From Chloroflexota bacterium (GTDB lineage: Bacteria > Chloroflexota > Anaerolineae > Anaerolineales > Villigracilaceae), in the NCBI GenBank assembly GCA_037445475.1, contig JBBIKK010000008.1, positions 397 through 64,396 of the forward strand: a stretch of 64,000 bases of DNA. The letters are read 5' to 3'. The notes under the pieces are model-generated. The model searched no databases and was not told where the DNA came from. It worked only from the letters and a program-made list of their open reading frames with translations. The position numbers were made by a program, and so were the translations under genes. Below are positions 1-9,600 of the stretch, one piece after another. Positions within the stretch are counted from its first letter, which is position 1. Each line of letters starts with the position of its first letter.

Positions 1-381
1 CAGGGTAGAGGCATTCCAGCGAAAGGCGCTCTTCAGGTTCCGATCGGGGGCGCGCTGAATCCAGTACTCCTGAAGCCGATTCATGGCCAGCATGGCCTCA
101 TACCAGGCGGCACGCAGGCGGGCCAGTTGCAAGGTGGTCAGCGTGCCCAGCAGGGTGAGAACAAGAAACAAAGCGCTGAAGGCCAGCGTCAGAGAACGCG
201 GGTTGAACCCGGCGCCGAGCCATTGTGTGCTGAGGAGCGCCGCCACCAGCGAACCCACCGCCAGCAGATAGAAAGATGAAACGCGGGCTCGATCCTCGTT
301 GGCTTGAAAGGCCGTCTGGGCGATGTACTCGAACTCTGCTTCCAGCAGTTCCTCCACTTCAAGGGGACGAGGGGGAGGCAT
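1..381 (-). CDS. hypothetical membrane protein, partial (runs off window start; absent from ORF track)
   Basis: Manual translation of the minus strand from ATG (381..379) gives MPPPRPLEVEELLEAEFEYIAQTAFQANEDRARVSSFYLLAVGSLVAALLSTQWLGAGFNPRSLTLAFSALFLVLTLLGTL... It stays open through position 1. GGAGA lies 5 nt upstream of the ATG. Two hydrophobic segments are visible. Confidence 0.55.
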   Translation of the reverse strand, partial: MPPPRPLEVEELLEAEFEYIAQTAFQANEDRARVSSFYLLAVGSLVAALLSTQWLGAGFNPRSLTLAFSALFLVLTLLGTLTTLQLARLRAAWYEAMLAMNRLQEYWIQRAPDRNLKSAFRWNASTL

Positions 382-403
382 GGTCTTCTCCGTTGCGGGG
401 CGG

Positions 404-1681
404 TCATGAACGAGTCGCGGGTATCTCGAAAGCCCACTCCCCTTTACGCATGAGCGGCTCGGGCGTGCCGTCCTGGCGGATGCCATCGATGTCCATTTCC
501 GGCGAGCCGATCATGAAATCCACGTGAACGAGGCTGGTGTTGCCGCCGTGCTGTGCAAACTCCTCCTCGGACATCTTCTCACCCCCCTCGAGGGTAAAGC
601 GGTAGCCACGCCCGATAGCGATATGGCAGGAGGCATTCTCATCGAAGAGCGTGTTGTAAAAGAGGTGGCCACGCCGGGCGATGGGGGAGCTGGCCGGCAC
701 CAGGGCGATCTCCCCCAGGCGCGCCGCGCCCTCATCGGTCTCCACCAGTTTCCGCAAGACGGTCTCGCCTTTTTGCGCGCTGACCCTGACAATGCGTCCG
801 TTCTCAAAGTGCAGGCTGAAGCCCTCGATCAGCGTCCCGCCGTAACTGAGCGGCATGGTGGCGGTCACGAAGCCGTCGGCGCGTGAGCGGTCGGCCAGGG
901 TGAAGACCTCCTCGGTCGGGAGGTTGGCGGTGAAGTCCACGCCGTTCTCGGCCGTCATGCGGGCGCTGATCCAGCGATGGCCGCGCGGCAGGCCGAGGGT
1001 GAGGTCGGTGCCGGGTGCTTTGTAGTGTAAGGCGGCATATTGTTTGGACTGCAAATAGCGGGCGCGTCCGAGCAGGTTTTGAATGTGAGCTGTCCAGGCC
1101 GCCAGCGGGTCCGGCTGGTCGATGCGCGTCGACTCGAAGATGGCCTTCCACAACTGTGCCTCGGCCTGCCGGGCAGCGAGGTCGGGAAAGACCTTGGCGC
1201 TCCAGGCCGGGCTGGAAGCGGCCACCAGGCACCAGTTCACGGCATTGCGGCTGACGGACGTCCCCACGGGCTGATAGTTTTCGAGGTGAACCTTCTGCAG
1301 GGTGGCGATGGCCTCCTGGTCGAGGCCGTGCATCAAATCGGGGTTGTCGGCTAGGATCGTCAGGAGCGCATCGCCATGCTCGATCATATCCATCAGGGCT
1401 GCGATCTGCCACTTCGGATACTCGCTCAAGGTCTCGCGCCGCGCCTGCTGCAGACGAAGGCGCAGCAACTCCTCGTCGTTCCAAATGACGTCCACGTAGC
1501 GCGCCCCGGCCTCGTAGGCGAGACGCGTCACCTCGCGCACCAGCGGTGCGGCAGCCAGCACGACGCCGCGCGTGCGTCCGTTGTGGATGATGAGCCTTTG
1601 TCCGGGGCGCAGATTCAACCCAACCCGCACAATCACTTCGGCATACTTTCTGAGCAGTTGTTGATGCCTGGATGATCTCAT
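404..1681 (-). CDS. M29-family aminopeptidase (AmpS / aminopeptidase T-like)
   Basis: Track ORF 404..1882 trimmed to the ATG at 1681 (MRSSRHQQLLRKYAEVIVRVGLNLRPGQRLII...), which has GAGGA 7 nt upstream. Length and N-terminal motif are typical of thermophilic metalloprotease M29. Confidence 0.8.
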   Translation of the reverse strand: MRSSRHQQLLRKYAEVIVRVGLNLRPGQRLIIHNGRTRGVVLAAAPLVREVTRLAYEAGARYVDVIWNDEELLRLRLQQARRETLSEYPKWQIAALMDMIEHGDALLTILADNPDLMHGLDQEAIATLQKVHLENYQPVGTSVSRNAVNWCLVAASSPAWSAKVFPDLAARQAEAQLWKAIFESTRIDQPDPLAAWTAHIQNLLGRARYLQSKQYAALHYKAPGTDLTLGLPRGHRWISARMTAENGVDFTANLPTEEVFTLADRSRADGFVTATMPLSYGGTLIEGFSLHFENGRIVRVSAQKGETVLRKLVETDEGAARLGEIALVPASSPIARRGHLFYNTLFDENASCHIAIGRGYRFTLEGGEKMSEEEFAQHGGNTSLVHVDFMIGSPEMDIDGIRQDGTPEPLMRKGEWAFEIPATRS

Positions 1682-1954
1682 GGTGTGTTCCTCGATGGCA
1701 AGGGATGAACAACGTTCCCATTTTACAACAGATTCGGGGCTTTGTGTCGGGGCGGGCTCTCCCGGCAGATAGAGAAGGGAGAGGACGCCTTGGAGCAAAG
1801 ACGAGTTTTCCCGCAAGGCAGCCAGCCCGTTTCCTGGCCGTGAAACTTCGGGCCGCCTTCCTGACAGCTCTTGAGCGCACATCCAGTGCCCAGGGCCTGC
1901 TCACCCTATCCCTGCAGGTGTTATACTTTAATCATTCCCCGTTTGGAGGTCACC

Positions 1955-3085
1955 ATGCTTTCCATCGAGAAGGTCGACACCGCGGACAAGAAGCAAGTGC
2001 GGCAATTTGTCGAGTTCCCATTCCATCTCTACCGAAACTGCCCGCAATGGGTGCCGCCCCTGTTTGTCGATGCGTATCTTCAACTCAACCGCAAGAAGCA
2101 TCCCTTCTTCGAGCATTCCGAGGCTGATTTCTTTCTTGCCCGGCGAAACGGGGAGGTGGTCGGGCGCATCGCGGCCCTGGAGAACAAGCCCTTCAACCAG
2201 TACCAGAAGAGGCGCGACGCCGAGTTCTACTTCTTCGATGCCGTTGAGGATCAGGAGGTGGCCGGAGCCCTGTTCGCGGCCGTGTTCGAGTGGGCCAGGA
2301 AGCGCAACCTCGAACGAGTGGTGGGGCCAAAGGGGATGTCGCCCTTCGACGGCTATGGCATCCTGGTGCAGGGTTTCGAGCATCGTCAGATGATGACAAT
2401 GATGAACTATAACTACGATTACTATCCCAGGCTGGTGGAGGCCCTCGGCTTCGAGAAGGAGGTGGATTTCGTCTCCTGCTACCTGCCTTCCGAGGCATTC
2501 CAGATCCCCGAACGGATCGAGCGCATCGCGCGGCGCGTCGCCGAGCGCGGCCGGCTAAAGGTGAAGCGCTTCGAGAGCAAGCGCGAACTGATCGCCTGGG
2601 CCAATCGCATCGGCCAGGCCTACAACAAGGCCTTCGTGAACAATTGGGAGTACTATCCACTTTCCCCCAGCGAGATCAAATTCGTAGTGGACAACATCAT
2701 GCTGGTGGCCGACCACCGTCTGATCAAGATCATCACGCACGAGGACGAAGTGGTGGGCTTCCTGTTCGCCTTTGCAGATGTCTCCGCCGCGCTGCAGCGC
2801 GCGCGCGGCCGTCTGACGCCCCTTTCCATCCTGGACATCCTGTTGGAGATGAGGCGCACCAAGACCGTTTCCGGGAACGGCATGGGAATCCTGCCCGAAC
2901 ATCAGGGGCATGGCGGGAATGCCCTCTTGTATTACGAACTGGGCAAAACCCTTCTGGAATTCAAGCGCTTTGAACACGTGGAGATGACGCAGGTGGCAGA
3001 GACGACGCGTCAGATGCGTGCCGATTTGAAGAATCTAAACGGCGTGGAATATAAGAATCATCGCGTCTATCGCCGCTCGGTCTGA
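1955..3085 (+). CDS. GNAT-like N-acetyltransferase family protein
   Basis: ATG at 1955 is preceded by GGAGGT (1945-1950). The N-terminus MLSIEKVDTADKKQVRQFVEFPFHLYRNCPQWVPPL resembles a roughly 380-aa family usually annotated as N-acetyltransferase. Confidence 0.6.
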   Translation: MLSIEKVDTADKKQVRQFVEFPFHLYRNCPQWVPPLFVDAYLQLNRKKHPFFEHSEADFFLARRNGEVVGRIAALENKPFNQYQKRRDAEFYFFDAVEDQEVAGALFAAVFEWARKRNLERVVGPKGMSPFDGYGILVQGFEHRQMMTMMNYNYDYYPRLVEALGFEKEVDFVSCYLPSEAFQIPERIERIARRVAERGRLKVKRFESKRELIAWANRIGQAYNKAFVNNWEYYPLSPSEIKFVVDNIMLVADHRLIKIITHEDEVVGFLFAFADVSAALQRARGRLTPLSILDILLEMRRTKTVSGNGMGILPEHQGHGGNALLYYELGKTLLEFKRFEHVEMTQVAETTRQMRADLKNLNGVEYKNHRVYRRSV

Positions 3086-3130
3086 ATTCCGAAGTCCGGC
3101 CCCGAATTCACGAAAGCAGCGGGGACGGCG

Positions 3131-4297
3131 CTACAGTTGATCGAGGTATTTCAACCCCGATCCGGTATTGAACAGAACAATGCGCTCGTCGGGGCGTACC
3201 CAGCCTTGCTGGAGGAGCGTCCAGAGGGCAGCCACCGTTGCCGCGCCCTCCGGGGCCGGGAAGATGCCCTCCACCCTGCCCAGTTGGCGCTGGGCTTCCA
3301 GGATGGCCTCATCGCTGACCGCGACGGCCGTTCCCTGGCTCTGGCGCAGGTCTTCCAGAATGAGCGCATCGGCAAAACTCTTGGGAACGCGCAGGCCCGA
3401 GGCGAGGGTGTGCGCCCTGACCCAAAAATCACAAAAGGGCGCGCCGCTCTCGAACGCCTTGACCACCGGCGCGCAGCCCTCCGCCTGAACCGCCACCAGG
3501 CGCGGCTTGCGGGTGTCGTGCAGCCAGCCCAGGGCCTGCAGCTCGGCGAAGGCTTTCCACATCCCCACCAGGCCGGTGCCGCCCCCGGTGGGATAGATGA
3601 TCACTTCGGGGAGTTGCCAGTTGAAGAACTCCGCCAGTTCGTAGCCCATCACCTTCTTCCCCTCGACCCGATAGGGTTCCTTGAAGGTCGAGACATCGAA
3701 CCAGCCCTCCGCGCGTGCCTTCACGCCCGCCATGCCGGCTGCTTCGCTGATCAGGCCATCGATCAGGGTGATCTGCGCGCCGGCGATCTTGCATTCCTGC
3801 ACATTGGCCAGGGGAGTGTCTTTGGGCATGAAGATATGCGCTTGCAGGCCGGCCCGAGCCGCATAGGCAGCCATGGCTCCGCCGGCGTTCCCGGCCGTGG
3901 GGATGATGACTTTCTCGATGCCCAACTCTTTTGCCTTCGAGATGGCCGCGGCCAGTCCGCGCGCCTTGAAGGTGCCGGTCGGGTTGAAGCTTTCGTCCTT
4001 CAGATACAGTCGTTCCAGCCCAAGGATTCGTCCAAGATTGGGCAGGGGGAGCAAGGGGGTATCGCCCTCGCCCAGGCTGATAATGAAAGCCTCGTCGAAC
4101 ACGGGCAGCAATTCGCGCCAGCGCCACATGCCCCATGGGCGGTGACGGATCTCGTCACGGTCGAGTTTCTCACGCGCCGCCTCCAGGTCGTAGCGAGCCA
4201 GCAAAGGCGCCTGACATTTGGGGCAAAAGGTCTGCACCTGCCTGGGGTCGAAGCGATCGTTGCACTGGCTGCATTCCAGATACTCGAAGTAAGTCAT
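3131..4297 (-). CDS. thrC: threonine synthase family PLP enzyme with N-terminal Cys4 ribbon
   Basis: Motifs: CSQCN...CPKCQ ribbon, PLP-lysine context NPTGTFKARG, TAGNAGGA, and glycine loop YPTGGGTGLVG. Start set at 4297 because MTYFEYLECSQC aligns with MAAPRFLECVIC of the paralog at 6639. An alternative ATG at 4342 has a GGAGG SD. Confidence 0.75.
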   Translation of the reverse strand: MTYFEYLECSQCNDRFDPRQVQTFCPKCQAPLLARYDLEAAREKLDRDEIRHRPWGMWRWRELLPVFDEAFIISLGEGDTPLLPLPNLGRILGLERLYLKDESFNPTGTFKARGLAAAISKAKELGIEKVIIPTAGNAGGAMAAYAARAGLQAHIFMPKDTPLANVQECKIAGAQITLIDGLISEAAGMAGVKARAEGWFDVSTFKEPYRVEGKKVMGYELAEFFNWQLPEVIIYPTGGGTGLVGMWKAFAELQALGWLHDTRKPRLVAVQAEGCAPVVKAFESGAPFCDFWVRAHTLASGLRVPKSFADALILEDLRQSQGTAVAVSDEAILEAQRQLGRVEGIFPAPEGAATVAALWTLLQQGWVRPDERIVLFNTGSGLKYLDQL

Positions 4298-4603
4298 GAT
4301 CGTTCCTTCAGAGAGCCGGGTGGTGGAGGGTTCAGGTCGCATGGGAGCCTCCGAGGGGAGATGCGGCTCAACGGCTGTGAGCTCCGCCCGCGCGACCGCG
4401 AAGCACCTGCGGCGCCCGAATCATATCACGCAGCGAAGATGGGCGAGGCGCGTGGAACGGGAGCGGGTTCTCTCCAGCGGCTTCCGGCGGCTGCGAATCA
4501 AACACCCTGCTTCTGAGGAAAAGAGCGCCATCCCGCTTCATACGGCCCTGGAAGTGGAGAGGATCTGTTCTCTTTGCCGGCCTCTCTCTTTGCACTGCCG
4601 CCC

Positions 4604-4984
4604 TCACTGTGGAGAGGGCACGAACGCCTCGACGCGCGCCCATAATTCACGGATGTTGACCGGCTTGGACATATACACATCACAGCCGGCATCCAGGGCT
4701 TTCTCGGCATCCCCCTTCAAAGCGTTGGCCGTGATGGCAATGATGGGCACATAACGCAAATGGGAGTTCATGCTGGAACGAAGCCTGCGGGCCACCTCGT
4801 AGCCGTCGATGTCCGGCAGGTTGATGTCCAGCAGGATGAGGTCGACATCCTGATTCTCGGCCATGAACAGCCCTTCTGTGCCATTCCGCGCCTCCAGTAC
4901 GGCATATCCGCGTGCCTGCAGGACGCGCTTGACGAGCAGCATGTTGTCGGGGTTGTCTTCAATATAAAGAATGTTGTGTGCCAT
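4604..4984 (-). CDS. single-domain response regulator (REC only)
   Basis: Motifs: ILYIEDNPDN, LILLDINLPDIDG, IIAITANA..GD. AAGGAAGAGG SD upstream. Starts 11 nt after the stop of the upstream gene. Confidence 0.85.
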   Translation of the reverse strand: MAHNILYIEDNPDNMLLVKRVLQARGYAVLEARNGTEGLFMAENQDVDLILLDINLPDIDGYEVARRLRSSMNSHLRYVPIIAITANALKGDAEKALDAGCDVYMSKPVNIRELWARVEAFVPSPQ

Positions 4985-4995
4985 AGTCCTCTTCC

Positions 4996-6639
4996 TTATG
5001 CAGCACCCTTTTCCTGGATAACCTGAATCACCTGATCGACAAACTTACGGGGCTGGAGTGAAGCCTTTTGATACAGCGCTTCGATGTGGCCGTTCAAGCG
5101 TTTTCTCTCCTCAGGGGTGATATCCTTGGCACTGACAACCACAATGGGGATGTCGCGCGTGCGCGGGTCAAGGCGCAATTCCTCCACCAGACCAAAGCCA
5201 TCTATGCCGGGCATCATCAAATCGGCAACAATCAGATCGGGCAGTCTCTGCCGCGCCTGGCTCAGGCCCTCCCACCCATCCCTGGCATGGTACAGGCGGT
5301 AGGCCTTGCGGCTCTCCAACAGACGGCGGATGAGCAAGGCATCGTCCTCATTATCATCCACGATCAAAATAGTGGTGGTTCTTTCGTCCAGGTTCTCCAG
5401 CGCCGCCAGCAGGCCTTCGCGCGGGGCGGGGGTCTGTCCCTCGCTGAGGTGGACATCCACTGCAAACTGGTCGCCCAGGACGTGCTTCTCGACCGGGAAG
5501 GTGTGTCCTGTGCAATTGACCACGACGGTTTCCTCTTCACCGATGGAGCCCTCGCGAAGCAGCTTCGTCAGGCCGGCGAAGGCCACGGCGGCCGCCGGCT
5601 CCACAGCCATGCCCTCGCTCTCGGCCAGGGATTGCATGGTGCGGAAGGCTTCCGCGTCGGATACGGCTTCCATGACTCCGCCGTATTGTTGAATGAGAGA
5701 CCACAAATACGTATAACTCTTGCCCGGATCGCCGGTGGACAGGATAATGATGTGGGTATCTGGGACGACGGCCTCTGCCGCGTCCTGTCCGGCCCGGAAG
5801 GCTCGCACCATCGGCGCGCAGCCCTCGGCCTGGATGACGGCCAGCCTGGGGACGCGCTCGATCAAGCCCATGCTGTACATTTCACGGAAACCCTGGTACA
5901 CGCCTAAAGGCCCCAGCCCGCCGCTCACAGACTGGATGTACCAATCCGGCGCGCGCCATCCGAGTTGTTCGACCATCTCGTAAGCAATCGTCTTCATCGA
6001 CTCGCGGGCGGGGATGGAACTGACGCCTCGCTCAAGAAAAAGATGGCGGCGTTGCGCAAATTGGGCTGCGATCTGCTTCGTTTGATCGTAGTTGCCGCTC
6101 ACGCGAATGACCTCGGCTCCAAAGAGCGCCGCCTCGCGCAACTTCTCCTGGGGGACCAGGCTGGTCATGAAGACCCACAGCTTGATGCCGGCGCGGGCGC
6201 AAGCCGCGGCGTAGGCCACGGCCGCGTTCCCGGTCGAGGCGATGACCGCCTCACGCACGCCCCCCTCGACCATCGCGGCCACGGCTACCGCCGCCTGACG
6301 ATCTTTGAACGAACTGGTCGGGCCGTAGCGCTCGTCCTTGATGTACACGTGGTGATGCCCCAATCCGATCGCAAAGCGTTGCGAGAGCCACAGCGGCGTC
6401 CCTCCGGCAGGATAAAGATCGAGGGCAGAAGGATTCTCAATCGGAAGGACATCCTGATAGCGCCACATGTTGAGCGGGCGCCCGGGCAGGCCGCGCAGGA
6501 TCTCTCGCTTGAAAGCGGCATAGTCGTAGCGCGCTTCCAGCCATTGGGAGCCGCAGCGTCTGCAGACCGCCGCGGCGAAGCGCGCGTAGGGTTGCTGCTC
6601 ACCGCAAATGACACATTCCAGAAATCTGGGGGCTGCCAT
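4996..6639 (-). CDS. threonine-synthase-like PLP domain fused to a C-terminal response-regulator receiver domain
   Basis: The N-terminal ~410 aa carry CVICGE...CRRCGS, SSFKDRQAA, STGNAAVAYA and SVSGGLGPLG. The C-terminal ~125 aa carry ILIVDDNEDD, LIVADLMMPGIDG and VVVSAKD. It is one uninterrupted frame. Confidence 0.8.
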   Translation of the reverse strand: MAAPRFLECVICGEQQPYARFAAAVCRRCGSQWLEARYDYAAFKREILRGLPGRPLNMWRYQDVLPIENPSALDLYPAGGTPLWLSQRFAIGLGHHHVYIKDERYGPTSSFKDRQAAVAVAAMVEGGVREAVIASTGNAAVAYAAACARAGIKLWVFMTSLVPQEKLREAALFGAEVIRVSGNYDQTKQIAAQFAQRRHLFLERGVSSIPARESMKTIAYEMVEQLGWRAPDWYIQSVSGGLGPLGVYQGFREMYSMGLIERVPRLAVIQAEGCAPMVRAFRAGQDAAEAVVPDTHIIILSTGDPGKSYTYLWSLIQQYGGVMEAVSDAEAFRTMQSLAESEGMAVEPAAAVAFAGLTKLLREGSIGEEETVVVNCTGHTFPVEKHVLGDQFAVDVHLSEGQTPAPREGLLAALENLDERTTTILIVDDNEDDALLIRRLLESRKAYRLYHARDGWEGLSQARQRLPDLIVADLMMPGIDGFGLVEELRLDPRTRDIPIVVVSAKDITPEERKRLNGHIEALYQKASLQPRKFVDQVIQVIQEKGAA

Positions 6640-6640
6640 G

Positions 6641-9600
6641 CTACCTCGCTACCTTCTCGACCGGGATGGCGATCTTCGCCTCCAGAGGCAACTCGACATA
6701 GAAAGTAGAGCCCTCGCCGGGAATGCCTGTGCTCTCCGCCCACATGCGACCGCCGTGCATATCGACCAGGCGGCGACTGATCGGCAGTCCCAGCCCGGTG
6801 CCGCCCACCTTACGCGTCGGCGATGGATCCACTTGAGCAAACTCCTCGAAGATGGCCTCCAGTTTATCGGGCGGGATGCCCACACCCGTATCGCGCACAC
6901 GAATCAGGACTCGCTCTTCCTGCCGTGTGGCACAAATGCTGATCTTGCCCTTCTCGGTGAACTTCAGGGCATTGTTCACCAGATTGAGCATCACCTGGCG
7001 GATGCGCGTGCGGTCAGCAAACACCTCCACCTCTTGATCCGACTCATCCTCGATGAACAAGGAAAGCGCCTTTTCACTTGCCAGCGGAGAAGTGATGCTG
7101 AGCACCTCGTCAAGCACCTCGTGGAGTCGGAATCGTTCTGGCTGCAGGTTCAGCTTCCCGGCCTCGATCTTGGCCATATCCAGCACATCGTTGATCAGGT
7201 GCAGCAGGTGCTGGCCGTTCTTCTGAATGAGTTGCAGATCGGTCTTCATCGGTTCTGTGAGCGGGCCATCCAGTCCTTCCGCAATCACATCTGCAAAGCC
7301 GAGAATGGAATTCAAAGGTGTACGCAGTTCATGGCTCATGTTAGCCAGGAAGGATGATTTGAGGCGATCGAGTTCGCGCAACTGCATTACCGTCGCGGTT
7401 TGCTCGGCGTACAGACGAGCATTTTGCAAAGCAACGCCTACCTGTGCGGCGAGCGTGGTGTAGATGTTGGCCTCTCTTTCGGTGAAGGAGCCTGCCATCT
7501 CAGACTGAACGTCGAACACGCCCAAGACTTGCTCACCCACGATCAACGGCACAGCCATCTCGGAGCGCGTCTCAGGCAGCAGGGGATTGGGGAGGAAATC
7601 GGGCTCGCTGCGGACATCATTGACGATGACCGCCGTGCGTTCGCGTGCCGCCCGCGCCACCAGAGAGCGCTGGGCATCCAGCGGGATGGCGTGCCGCTCC
7701 GCCACCAGCTGCCTCCCGACGTCGCCTGCCCCCGCGGTCAGGAGCAATGTGCCTGCCGCTTCATCAACAAGATAAATGTGAGCATGATAGAGGCCGAAGC
7801 GTTCTTTCGTCAGATCGGTGACCAGCTGCAACAATTTATCGGGATCCAACGTTGTAGCGGTCTTGGTGCTGATCTCGGCCACGGTGGCGAGTTCGGCGGC
7901 GCGCCTGGCTGCATCCTCCTGGGCGCGAATGCGGTCGGTGATGTCGGCAAAGGTCGTCAAGATGGAGGGCTCGCCCTGGTACTCAAAGATGCGCGCCGAG
8001 AGGAGCGCCCAGAAGATCTCTCCGTCGCTGCGCACCAGGCGCACTGCCATGTTCGAAACCCGGCCCTTGGCGCGCAGTTCGGCAACAAACTTCTTTCTAT
8101 CTTCCAAATCGTAGTAGAAATTCGGCGAGGGTTTATTGATCACATCTTCGTATTTGCTGCGAACCGATTCGGCCGCCGGCTGGTTGATGAAGGTCATGAT
8201 GTTATCGGAGAGGCGCGTGATCACCATCGGCAGAGTCACGGTCTCGAGAATGGTCTGCATGCGCTGCTGAGCCAGCCGCAGCCGTTCCTCGGCCTGTTTG
8301 CGCTCAGTGATATCGCGGAAGGTCACCACCGCGCCGACGATCTTCCCTCCTTCCCGCATCGGGGTGCTGGTGAAGGTCACCGGAAAACCACTGCCGTCCT
8401 TGCGCAGGAAATACTCATCGCCCTCGTGCACCGTTCCGTCGCGCAGGCTGAGGTAGATTGGGCATTCCTCATCGGGATAGGGGGAGCCATCCGCGCGTTG
8501 GTAATGCCAGGTGCTGTGGCTGTGGCGGCCAACCAGTTCCTCCACGGTGTAGCCGAGCATGTGCGCTGCGGCCGGGTTGACAAACGAATGCTCGCCCTTC
8601 TCGTTCAGGCCGAAGATGCCTTCGCCGGCCGATTCAAGGATCAACTCGTTTTGACGGCTCAGTTGCTCGGTGCGCATGAGCGCCTGTTCGATCTCCTCTG
8701 CAAGCCGCAAGTTCTCGATGTGGCCGCTCAACTGCCGCGAGACAGCGGCCAGGATTTCAGCAGCCTCCTCAGAGGCCGCGACGGCCTCTGAGGCCAATTC
8801 CCCCACCACCTCTCCGCGCACGGTCAACGGCTGCTTGAGAGCGCTGAAACTGCCATTGCCCTTCGGGTCCAGCACGCGCACCTCGACCAGGTCGAACATA
8901 TAACCCGGCGCCAGCTCGCCGCGTCGCTGCAGATACGAGCCCCAGCCTTCACGTGTCAGACGGCGAACGGCCTGCTCGGCCTCGGCGCGGTAGCGTTCGG
9001 CCTGGGCCAACAGTCGCAGGTTGTCAATATGCTGAGCCAGTTGCCTGGCCGTTGCCTGGAGAACCCCGGTCTCCTGCTCGCTCCAGGTTTGCTGAGGGTC
9101 ACGGCTCAGTTGAATGACGCCGAGGCGCGCCCCGCTGACGTCAATCGGCGCCTGGAGGGCGTTATCTGCTGCCAGGTCAGTGGGGGTCTTTACCTTCAAG
9201 GGGGCGGTTTGATGCTGATCAAAAACAAAGCCGATCCTCTGCCCGCGTTCGATGGCATCCAGAAAGTCCTGCCAGCCCTGTTCCGTCAGGCGGCGGGCCT
9301 GCGCTTCGGCCTCGGCGCGCGCCTCCTGAGCCTGGGTCAACAGAGAGGCATTCTGAACGGCAATGGCCAATTGCCCTGCCAGGGCTTCGAACACCGGCAA
9401 GTTCCCTTCGTTCAACAGGCCCACCTGTTCGCTCTGCATATCCAAAACGCCCAGCACCCGCTCTCCGCTGATCAGCGGAATGACCATCTCGGAACGCGTC
9501 TTCGGCAGCAAAGGGTTGGGCAGGAAACCGGCACTCCTTTCAGTATCGGACACGATCACAGGGCGCCTTTCAAAGGCCGCGCGGCCATTCAGTGAATTGG

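Noticed and set aside
804-1904. 366-aa minus-strand ORF in an alternate frame of the aminopeptidase gene
   Set aside because: It is Arg/Pro/Gly-rich and overlaps a frame with clear M29 aminopeptidase similarity.
3137-4516. 459-aa plus-strand ORF, with other long ORFs in the same region
   Set aside because: It is antisense to the ThrC-family gene. The sequence is Arg/Gly/Ala/Leu-rich and low-complexity, with no recognisable motif. This is a typical mirror ORF of a GC-rich coding region.
4298-4603. thrC upstream spacer considered as a SAM riboswitch or T-box
   Set aside because: I could not find the SAM-I core, or the T-box specifier/AGAGA/T-box sequence elements, on either strand. It is kept only as an unexplained long leader.
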